From Octopus sinensis (Eukaryota): DNA of 64,000 nt. The stretch lies in assembly GCF_006345805.1 (NCBI RefSeq), contig NC_043011.1:21154464-21218463 (forward strand), read 5' to 3'. A program made the translations under genes and the position numbers. The notes under the pieces are model-generated. The model saw nothing but the letters and a program-made list of their open reading frames with translations, made no database searches and had not been told where the DNA came from. Shown here in pieces: positions 28,677 to 39,410 of this stretch (position 1 is its first letter; each line of letters opens with the position of its first letter).

Positions 28677-29620
28677 GGAGGCGAGCTGGCAGAAACGTTA
28701 GCACACCGGGCGAAATGCTTAGCTGTATTTCGTCTGCCGTTACGTTCTGAATTCAAATTCCACCGAGGTAGACTTTGCCTTTCATCCTTTCGCGGTCGAT
28801 AAATTGAGTACCAGTTACGCATTGGTGTCGATATAATCGACTTAATCCGTTTGTCTGTCCTTGTTTGTTCTCTCTATGTTTAGCCCCTTGTGGGTAGTAA
28901 AGAAATAGGTATTTCGTTTGCCGTTACGTTCTGAGTTCAAATTCCGCCGAGGTCGACTTGACCGTTTATCTTTTCAGGTCGATTAAATAAGTACCAGTTA
29001 CTCACTGGGGTTGATATAATCGACTTAATACTTATCTCTGTCTTTGTTTGTGCTCTCTATGTTTAGCCTCTTGTGGGTAATAAAGAAATAGGTATTTCGT
29101 CTGCCGTTACGTTCTGAGTTCAAATTCCACCGAGGTCGACTTTGCCTTTCATCCTTTCGGAGTCGATTAAATAAGTACGAATTGCGCACTGGAGTCGATA
29201 TAATCGACTTAATCCGTTTGTCTGTCATTGTTTGTCCTCTCTGTGTTTAGCCCCTTGTGGGTAGTAAAGAAATAGGTATTTTGTCCGTCTTTACGTACTG
29301 AGTTCAATATCCGTCGAGGTCGACTTTGCCTTTCATCTTTTCTGGGTCGATAAAATAAGTACCAGTTGCGCACTGGGTCGATATAATCGACTTAATCCGT
29401 TTGTCTGTCCTTGTTTGTCCTCTCTGTGTTTAGCCCCTTGTGGGTAGTAAAGAAATAGGTATTTCGTCTGTCTTTACGTACTGAGTTCAATATCCGTCGA
29501 GGTCGACTTTGCCTTTCATCTTTTCTGGGTCGATAAAATAGGTACCAGTTGAGGACTGGGGTCGGTATAATCGACTTAGCAGTCCCATGAGATTGCTGAC
29601 CTTGTGCCAAAATTTGAAAC
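28677..29620 (+). repeat. Tandem array of five SINE-B-derived units, period 183-184 bp
   Basis: Junction aagaaata|ggtattt at 28908, 29091, 29275 and 29458. Confidence 0.95.
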
Positions 29621-30186
29621 TAATGTAATAATTTCTACTCTGATAGTGTACTTTCTAGTGTAATACACAACCACGCACACACACATACATTAGCAGTTGT
29701 CAGTCGTCATACAAATAGTAATAGATAGTAGCACCTGTGTTTATAAAAACTGGGTACAGCTATCCCTTATAATAACTTGAAAAGAGGAATAGGGGAGAGA
29801 GGAAAAAGAGATAGTGGGAGAGGGAGGAGATATGGGGTGAGAGCGGAAAAGATAAAAAGAGAAAGAGAGAGGTGCGTATCAGCGCGTCTACGAGCTAGTC
29901 ATTGAAAACTTGATTATTGAATCTTTAGAAGTTAGTTAAAATAGCTTTCTTTTAGATGAGGTCCACGACGCTAGTGTGTGAAACAATAGCACTGCCCAGT
30001 GTAAATGAACATAGGTTGAGGGTCAATGACTAACTGGGGCTTAAACATTTCCTGGTTTTAAAGATGAATCCTAATCTTTCTGAAGCATTTTGGATATGTG
30101 GGAGTTACTGGTTACCATAAATAATCTGTGTACAGTCTTCCATTTCATGATTCATAATTTTGAGGTAGTTTCTTTGGTGCTACTTC

Positions 30187-30430
30187 AACGTGCAGTCTAG
30201 CGCAGCATCCGTAGTAGTTTAGGCTGTGAAATGACCTGATCCAAGTTAGGATTAAAGTTAGGGCTTAAGGTTAGTGCTTGAATTAGTGCTAGGGTTAGAA
30301 TTACGCTTTAGGGTTAGTGTTTGGGTTTAACGTTAGGGTAAGGGCTTAGGTTTTAGATTTAGGTTTCAGGGATAGGGTTTAGGGTTATGGCTAGGGTTAG
30401 AATTTATGGTTAGGCTCAGAGTTAAGATTC
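30187..30430 (+). repeat. Degenerate (TTAGGG)n tract with a conserved 5' leader, copy 1
   Basis: aacgtgcagtcta...gctgtgaaatgac leader followed by ttaggg variants. Second copy at 32555-32750. Confidence 0.8.
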
Positions 30431-30833
30431 ACATTAAATGTATTAGAAGAGGATCCAGAATTCACAGAGGTATGAAGCAACCGGAATTTGAAAACTAAAA
30501 TCATGAGATCTGAGTAGCTTTCGGATTTCACAAAAAAAAAGTATAAGAAAACAGAATTTCACCTCTCTTGTCTGAACAAGGCATTATTATTTTATTGTTT
30601 TACTGCTAATGGAAATCACTTGTTCGCGTGTGGCTAAACATTCTGTAAGGACAAACAATGGAGAAGAAATAATTTCTTTTTTCAAATTCAACTCAGAATC
30701 AAAATACATATTTATCTCGGCATTCAATAGCAAGAAATAATGAGATGTATGTGTGTATACATACATACATACATACATACATACATACATACGTATACAC
30801 ACATATGTGTGCGTGTATGTATGTATATGTTTG

Positions 30834-30869
<36 letters not shown>

Positions 30870-31240
30870 ATGCATATATAAATATGTATTATATATTTCT
30901 TTACTACCCACAAGGGGCTAAACACAGAGGGGACAAACAAGGACAGACAAAGGGATTAAGTCGACCCCAGTGCGTAACTGGTACTTAATTTATCGACCCC
31001 GAAAGGATGAAAGGCAAGGGCAACCTCGGCGGAATTTTAACACGGAACGTAACGGCAGACGAAATACGGCTACGCATTTCGCCCGGCGTGCTAACGCTTC
31101 TGCCAGCTCGCCGCCTTATAAATATGTATTATTATATATGATTTTATAAAATCTTTATATTTTGATAATTTTTAAAGTTTCTTCCGAGCCATGTTATATT
31201 AAAAAATCTTCTTTTCTAACTTTTTATGCAATAACTGATA

Positions 31241-31450
31241 ATTATTTACATCATTTACATTTGACAGATATTTGTCCTCATCTTGTTTGTTGTTAATACA
31301 ACGTTTCTGTTGATGTACTCTTCAGCCTTCATCAGGTGTCCTGGGGAAATTTCGAACCTGGGTTCTCATTCCTAAAGTATTTTTCCGATGTTGCTATTAT
31401 TATTCAGGCCACTGCCTAGAATCGAACTCGGAATCTTGGGGTTAGTAGCC
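31241..31450 (-). mobile_element. tRNA-headed SINE-like repeat with a minimal hammerhead ribozyme motif
   Basis: Minus strand: tRNA 3' half ggctactaaccccaagattccgagttcgattctagg, short (aat)n, then gacac-CTGATGA-aggctg...-GAAAC-GTT-gtatt (31340-31295). Confidence 0.65.
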
Positions 31451-32555
31451 ATTACATTTTTAATCAACCAAATATGAACCATTTTGTTGCACAATGCGTC
31501 TCCATCTTTCTTTTAACTTGAAAATGCCCTCTTCCCAGATTAGAGATGGCTTCATGGCAAAGAATTCATCGAGGTATCTTTTTACGTCATCCAAGGAATT
31601 GAAATTATTACCATTAAGACTATTCTGCAGACACCTGAATAAGGGGAAATGCGAAGGAGCAATATCTGGTGAATATGGAGGGTGGGGTAACACATCCCAG
31701 CCGAGCTGTAGCAATATTTGTCTGGTTCCCAAAGAAAAGTGCGGTCTTGAATTATCATGTTGGAAAACAACACCTTTCCTGTTGGTCATTTCTGAACATT
31801 TCTCTTGAATTGCTGTTTTTAACTCGTCCAGTTGTCTGCAGTATTTCTCAGAATTAATTGTCTGGTTATTTGGGAGAAGCTCATAGTACAAAATTCCTTT
31901 CCAATCCCACCAGACACAAAGCAAAACATTTTTAGGGTGAAGACCTGCTTTTGGAGTGGCTAAGGGTGGCTCATGTCGCTTACTCTACGATCATTTTCTC
32001 TGAACATTTCGGCAGATAATCCATTTCTCATCACCTGTCACAATTTGCTTTAAAAAGGCGCGTTTTCATTCCGTTTATAAAGCGAATCACAGATGGAAAT
32101 ACAATCCAAAAGGTTCTTCTCACTCAATTCATGTGGTACCCAAACATCGTAGCGATTTGTGTACCCAAGCTTTACCAGGTGCTCATGAACGACGGATTTT
32201 GATAGGTTGAGGCTTTTTGCTAATTCTCGGGTTGTGCAATGTGGGTTATTCTTAATTAATGACTTGATTTGGTTATCATCTGTAGTGGATGGTCTGCCTG
32301 ATCGCTCTTTATTAATAAGGCTACAATCTCCAGCTCAGAACCTTGCGAACCACTTGCGTACAGTTCTTTCGGATAAAGAAATATCACCGTAAACTGCACA
32401 TATTTCTTTGGTTGTTTGTGAGGCATTTTTCCCTTTACGGAAAAAGAAAAGCATCAAGTGCCGAAAATGAACTTTCTTATCTTCCATTCTAAAGGGTTAC
32501 AGAATTAACACAGGTTATAGGAACATAAAACTTCTTCCACGAAAAGATAGCGTAA
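31451..32555 (-). mobile_element. Mariner transposon, decayed, TIRs lost
   Basis: MEDKKVHFRHLMLFFFRKGKNA start near 32487, CVWWDWKGILYYELL, QHDNSRPH, HPPYSPDIAPS. Confidence 0.92.
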
Positions 32556-32750
32556 ACGTGCAGTCTACCGAAGCATCCGTACTTTACGCTGTGAAATGAC
32601 TTGATGCGAGTTAGGATTAGAGCTAAGGTTTAAGATTAGTGTTGGAGTTACTGTTAGGATTAGAATTAGGTTAAGTATTAGTGTTAGTATTCGGGTTTAA
32701 AGTAAGGGTTTAGGTTTAGAGTTAGGGTTTAGGGTTAGGGCTAAACTTTA
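32555..32750 (+). repeat. Degenerate (TTAGGG)n tract with leader, copy 2
   Basis: Homologous to 30187-30430. Confidence 0.8.
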
Positions 32751-32814
32751 CGCTAAAGTGTAAATGGCCAATAAGACCGCACGCTAAAGGGGGACCGTTT
32801 CTTTTCGATAAGCT

Positions 32815-33480
32815 CTCTTTTCGTGCGGCAATTCTTCTGTCTCATGTTTTAGACCAGTACTAGTGAGCCATTTACGGTTTCATGTTAGATGTATCTCAAT
32901 TTTGTCCAGTCTCCCCCCAGATACTAACATTGCACGGATTGACTTTGCCATTGTTCTTTCATCATATTTCTAAATTTCCGTTCCTGTTTTCATGCTGTCT
33001 TGTTTTTTTGGGGAGGGTTTTCTTTTTGCATTTTCAGCAGATATCTGTAAGTTTACAAACTCTATGCTCGACCTAATTGCTTTCTTATCTATGAAAATTA
33101 GAAATTATTTTTGTTCGTGTTTCCTAATTTTTGAAACGCTTCTATGTTTTGTTAATCATACTGTAGTTATTTTAAAATATTTCTCTGATTATACGAGTCC
33201 TCCCTTTCCTTGGGTGTGTGATAAATACATCCCGTCTACAACAAATTAATGATTATGTACTAATTTAAAATTCTCTCAGGTTTCCTTGTTTTGCTGTCAA
33301 TGTTTCGTAGATTTCTTAATTTCTGCATTATCATATAGGTACAGGAGGTAATAGCTTGGATATTAAACATTTTTGTACTACTTTTTGTTTAGATATATTT
33401 TTCGATGGAATACACTTCAATATGTGAACAATATTTTTCTGCTGTTTTGCTCTGGCTATTCCTATTTTACCCCTTAATAC
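32815..33480 (-). mobile_element. Old, heavily decayed R4/Dong-like fragment (family F)
   Basis: Minus-strand remnants NIDSKTRK, GKGGLV*SEKYFKITTV, HEQK and KWLTSTGLKHETE align by eye with family A IDRKTRK / GGRGLIQLENYYKITTI / QWLRSSGLKAETE. Confidence 0.65.
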
Positions 33481-33791
33481 CCAATTTTAAACGAAAATCT
33501 CAAATCAGCCGAGCCATATTATGAAAATACGATGTAGTAATAACACGCTCATACGTAATTACCTATATTTTGCGTAAAGCTAAGAGAAGTAAGTCAGATA
33601 GAATCAGAAGTAAACAGTTATGGTACAGGTGCTGGTGTAAGCGATGACGGAGAAGCTGGTGTCTTGACAAAGGTAACTAGAGAAAGCCACAGAGAGGTAG
33701 AGATAGATTGATAGATAGATTTTTTTGATTTTGATTTTTGATTTTTCCAGTTTCAGCTAATGAGCTGTGGCCATGCTGGGGCACCGCCATT

Positions 33792-33835
<44 letters not shown>

Positions 33836-34105
33836 GAGAGAGAGGGGGAGAGAAAAAGAGAAATGCAAATATGAAGAGGGAGAAAAGGGAAAATATCAAG
33901 ACGTCGCTAAATTTGTGACATCACAGAGTTTTTAGTAATCTCATTCTCTTATTCACTCTCTCTTTCCCAACCTTCTCTTTGCGTTTTTTTTAAGTGTTTT
34001 AGAATTGCATTTTAGTATATAAAGTAATTATTTTGCTAAAAGAAAAAGAAAGGGGAAATGTTAAGATATTCTGTATATATGAGTATGTCTCTGTGTATAT
34101 GTATG

Positions 34106-34201
<96 letters not shown>

Positions 34202-34225
34202 TAATATATATACATATATATATAC

Positions 34226-34288
<63 letters not shown>

Positions 34289-34323
34289 CATATACATATA
34301 TATATATATATACATATATATAC

Positions 34324-34394
<71 letters not shown>

Positions 34395-34690
34395 GTATGT
34401 GCAGGTGATGTTTGTGTATGTGCAGGTGATGTGTATTTGTGTGTGTGTTTGTGAATATCATAAAGTGATTGTTCTGATTAAAATATAAATAAAATTACCT
34501 CATTTATGGCATTTATTTAGTACTTTATGATTATTCGCTGTGACCATGCTGGGGCACTGCATTCAATAGTCGTGTCACTTTATATATAATATTTTATTTT
34601 AAAGTTTTGGTATTTATTTTATGAATGAGTGTTTGTTGAACTGCTGCCTTACCATACAACAGCTTCACCGGTTTTTATAGGCATAGGTGT

Positions 34691-34736
<46 letters not shown>

Positions 34737-35869
34737 GCACGCACGCACGCACGCACACATACACAAACGCACATGCATACACACGCAATCGATACATACA
34801 CGCATACTCTCTCTTTTTCACACACACACTCTCTCTTTCTCAAACACGCACACGCATGCATACACGCGCACGCACAAACACACACGCACCCTCTTTCTCT
34901 CTTTCACACACACTCTCTTTCTCTCTCTCACACACACGCTCTCTCTCTCTTTCTTTCGCTCACACACACACACACACACACACGCACACACACACACGAT
35001 GGACTTCTATACTGTTTCTGTCTACTAAATTTAGCTCAAGGCATTAATCATCTCGAAGCTATATAGCAGATAACTCTTGCTCAAAGTGCTACACAAAGCA
35101 AACCAAGACTCTCATAATTAAGAAACGAACTTTTTAATTATTCTTATTTCTTTACTACCCACAAGGGGCTAAACACAGAGAGGACAAACAAGGACAGACA
35201 AACGGACTAAGTCGATTATATCGACCTCAGTGCGTAACTGGTACTTATTTAATCGACCCCGAAAAGATGAAAGGCAAAGTCGACCTCGGCGGAATTTGAA
35301 CTCAGAATGTACCGGCAGACGAAATACCGCAAAGCATTTCGCCCGGCGTGCTAAAGTTTCTGCCAGCTCGCCGCCTTATTTTTAATTATTCTGCCATGCC
35401 TACGCCTATATTACTGATGTGAGATTTTGAGAATCTACTGCTCAGAAGGCCAGCTACTAGACTTCTGTGTTCGAGTCTAGCCATATGAACTGTTCTCAGA
35501 TATGAAAACAATGTTTCAATAAAGTATATTAAAATATGATCAAATTTTACTAAATTAGTTGTACAATAGTAGAATAATATTATAGATATAGACCAGCTCA
35601 AAGTGACCCGCTCTTCGCGCGGGTGAGGGTGTGGTTGTTACTTTCTGTTTCTTATCGCCACATTCTCCCTTTTTGTTTCTCTCTCCTTTCTCTCTCACTT
35701 TCCCACTATCTTACTCTTCCTTTCTCTCGGACTCTCCCTCGCTTTCTCTTACTCTCTATCTTTCCCTATCCATCTCTCTCCCATTTATAAAAAACAAAAG
35801 ATCTCGAGTAAGTTGAGAAAGAAAATATTTTGAAAGATCAATCATAAATATCAGGCAGTGACAACGCAA

Positions 35870-36230
35870 AGGTCGGCTTCAAGGCGGACACCAAAACACT
35901 AACATTTAAAAGGGACAGACGAACTTGCGAGCTGAATAAAAATAGAAAAATATTGGAAACCAGAGTTTGAAGGGATAGAATCTCAGGATAGTAGACTCAC
36001 CATGGCTGGTATTCAAAACTTCTTGATGACGGACAGGAACGTATTGGCAGTTTAACGGCTGGCGCAAAATTTTGATCTTGATGTGAAAGAAAATTCCTAA
36101 ACACCAAGTTTTGAAGTGTTTCTTTCTCACGACAGTAGACTCACCATGGCAGGCATTCAAAACTTCTTCATGACGGACGGCAACACATTGACGGTTTAAA
36201 GGCAGGCGCAAATATTTGAGCTTGATGCAG
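35870..36230. repeat. Diverged 144-bp tandem repeat (~2.5 units)
   Basis: agtagactcaccatgg at 35990 and 36134, with homologous flanks. Confidence 0.8.
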
Positions 36231-37499
36231 CATCCCCTTCCAGCCTCATTTAAACCCCCACTTTTTTTTTACATAAAAATCCAATTTGTATCAATGTTTG
36301 CCTTCATTTTATAGATTAGATTATATATATAGAAAAATCACTCTTCTCACCATAGCAACTGCATCTTTCCAGGTGGCGAGTTTTAAACTACTCCACTCTC
36401 TGCCTCCTCACGCCCTCTATGCCTGTGTCAATTTTCAGCTCGATCCGATCACTGGTTTGGCCGCCAACCTCTGACGTAGCAAAATGTGCACACAATTTTG
36501 ACCCAAAGCCTCTTTTATATATATATAGATTATGTCTTTGATTTTGTTCCACAGTTAAGAGTAATTATTTCTTGATGTAAAGTGATAAATAATAGATAAC
36601 AGCTCTGAAGATAGAAGAGGTTGAATGTGAATGATGAGGACTATAACTTTCAGAGATGCTGTCACCTAAGACTGCACATTCAATACTCACTTATACACCA
36701 TCTAAAGAATCAAACATTTCAAACAAAATACTATTTAAAAAAATTATATATTTCATCTTTCTCCATAAATTTCCAAGCATCTTACAATTTTGAAAATAAC
36801 CATGGAATTTTCGCAGGTTCTGCTAGTCTTAGTTTATTGAATTCATTCATGTGGAATAGTTTTCTCCTGCTAAAACATGTTATTAACCAAAACTCCTTTC
36901 AATGGGAAAAAGAAGAGAATGAAAAGAAAATCATTCTCTGTCGAAAAACTTCTCTTAAATTATTTCAATATCAAACAAATTTCTCTGAAATACTTTCTCA
37001 GTCAAATAAAGTTTCTTTTAGATATTTTACAAGTTGAATAATGTCAGTGAAATAGTTTTCTAATAACCAAATATATTAAAATTCTTAGTTGGCCTTACTA
37101 TTAAAATTTTTTTTTTATCATTCAAGCAACATTAGTTTGATTTTTATTTTCTCAGACATTTCCTAATTTTGAAATTTAAATAGCTAAAAATTTTTAGTGC
37201 TAATTAATGCCTTATTTCTTAGAATCTTTTCAATTTACCGTCTTTGTCAGATTTTAACTATTGCCAGATTTTGACTTCTTATTTGACAAAACGGTAAAGT
37301 TTTTCTAGTACAAAGGTATATTTTATTCAATCGATCCTACTTGTATAATTTTTAATTATTTCAACGCTTATGAAAACAAAACAAAAAATCAGTAAACAAA
37401 GTTAGCTGGATCTGAAATCAGAATTTAGTTGAACGAGGTTTATTCTCTGAATAATAATAATAGCAATAATAATAATAATAGTAATAATAATAATACTAA

Positions 37500-37563
<64 letters not shown>

Positions 37564-37999
37564 GTTGTTGTTATCCATTCTAATTTTTGCACAGAGCCAG
37601 CACTTTTGAGAGGAGAGGAAAATCGACCACATTGATCTCAATGGTCAACTGCTACATTATTTTATCTACCTCGAAAGGATGAAAGGCAAAGTTCTCGGCG
37701 GGGTTTGAACTCAGAATAATATAAAGAGCCAAACTAAATGAAGCAAAGCATTTTGTTCGACGCTCTAACAATTCTGGCTGCTCAACGCCGATGACGGTGA
37801 TGATGAAAAAGCAGTCGTTTCTTTATGAACCATAAGGACTTGAGGTGATGTAAAAAAGCAAACCTCGGCGTGACGTTAAGCAGGGAATTTACAAAACGTG
37901 TAGAGAAAATATATAGAGGTGAGGGGAAATGAAAGACATTATAAATGATATATAATTGGACGAATTTAAAATTATTAAAGCAAAAATATTTATCATCTG

Positions 38000-38750
38000 G
38001 TGACTCACGAATTGTGCTTTATGTTACCGCAGGACCGACAACGTCTATGATTTGTTCGTGTTGCTTGCTTTTTTTTTTACTTTTCTGTGCACAAAGCTTT
38101 TAGATGGATTGTGCTTCTACATCTGTAACAGATGGGTTGTTTACCTTAGATGCAATGCTTTAAGGTCTTCTCAGCACCGTCTTGCAGGTCGCAGTTCTAG
38201 TATCATTTTGTGGTCGTGCCGGGTCATGAGAACTTTTATGTTCATGGTATGGCACCCAATCACACATCGCCAAATGTTACATCAGAACTGATCACCTACC
38301 CATATTGTACCACGATGGAGTCTGCTAGCCAAAATTAGACATCATCAGTGATAACCCTGATACTGACTCCTGTGTTTCTCCTTTAAAATACTGCGGAACT
38401 ATCCTATGGGCAAATGTCGCATATACTTTATAGGTTTAAGTTTTCGCTGCATTCTCCATTTTAAAAATGATGCATATAGTGCCATACTCTTTTCCTCTTC
38501 CAAAAAAGGATTTTTCACTTAAAATATTTTACAAAGATGCCTCCAATTTCTGTTTGGGTGAGATTGGAAATACTGCCGTGTTTTTCGCAAAATTGATACA
38601 TTATTTTCATCATCTCACAGACCTTTATAGTTACTTGTTGACGGCTGATCCCAGTTCAGTGCACACAGTGTTGCCAAGTCTTTCATCTCTCTAGTAAATG
38701 TTTCATAGCAAGGATTTTCCGGTTGGACAAAACATTAAGAATTTACTATT
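38000..38750 (-). mobile_element. Decayed Tx1/L1-like ORF1 (gag-like) fragment
   Basis: Minus strand GKQPICYRCRSTIHLKALC (CX2CX4HX4C, 38086-38145), preceded by a GRGKEYGTICIIFKMENAAK RRM-like segment. Confidence 0.55.
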
Positions 38751-39029
38751 GCTCGTGTTTATGCCCGGAACGTGCGTATGCATATTGTTGTTGTGGACAA
38801 GATTCCTTCTCGGTTGACGTGTTTTCCTACTCTTTCTGTTCGTGCATTTTATGAATATTTTACATTACAATTAAATTAGAGTTCTCTGTTTTGTTTATTT
38901 TGAGAGTGAGAACTGTATTATTTTGTACTGTTTTCTCTTGAGGGGCATGGCTTCAAATATTCATGGCCGTTTATTTTTGTCGGTAACGTGAGAGGGAAAA
39001 ATAAAATTTTGTCTAAAAGTAATACACAG

Positions 39030-39188
39030 CCATTGTGGTAAGTAGCTTGTTTACGAACTACCTGGTTCCGGGTTCAGTCCCACTGCGTGGCACCTTGGGC
39101 AAGTGTCTTCTACTATAGTCTCGGGCCGACCAAAGCCTTGTGAGTGGATTTGGTAGACGGAAACTGAAAGAAGCCCGTCGTATATATG

Positions 39189-39221
<33 letters not shown>

Positions 39222-39410
39222 ATGATTGTGTGTCTGTGTTTGTCCCCCCCCACAACATCGCTTGACAACCGATGGTGGTGTGTTTACGTCCCCGTAACTT
39301 AACGGTTCGGCAAAAGTGACCGATAGAATAAGTACTAGGCTTAGAAAGAATAAGTTCCGGAATCGATTTGCTCGACTAAAGGCGGTGCTACATGACTGAA
39401 ACAAGTAAAA
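39030..39410 (+). mobile_element. SINE family A copy
   Basis: Near-consensus. Other copies at 12070-12275 (3' half), 42905-43300 (-), 46065-46500 (+), 51020-51395 (-), 52975-53372 (-), 53510-54280 (+, split) and 63400-63570 (partial). Confidence 0.9.

Noticed and set aside
28677-29620. Regularly spaced repeats superficially like a CRISPR array
   Set aside because: Units are entire 183-bp SINE bodies with no unique spacers, the context is eukaryotic, and there are no cas genes.
30243-30428. True telomere or chromosome-fusion site
   Set aside because: Repeats are short, degenerate, in one orientation only and attached to a repeated leader.
33598-33672. Possible small exon (IESEVNSYGTGAGVSDDGEAGVLTK, aag|gtaact)
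   Set aside because: Weak acceptor, low-complexity peptide, no recognisable homology.
38052-38291. Plus-strand ORF after a tgttaccgcAG acceptor as exon 2 of the MSTAS gene
   Set aside because: The opposite strand encodes a recognisable CCHC knuckle of a TE ORF1, which explains the sequence better.
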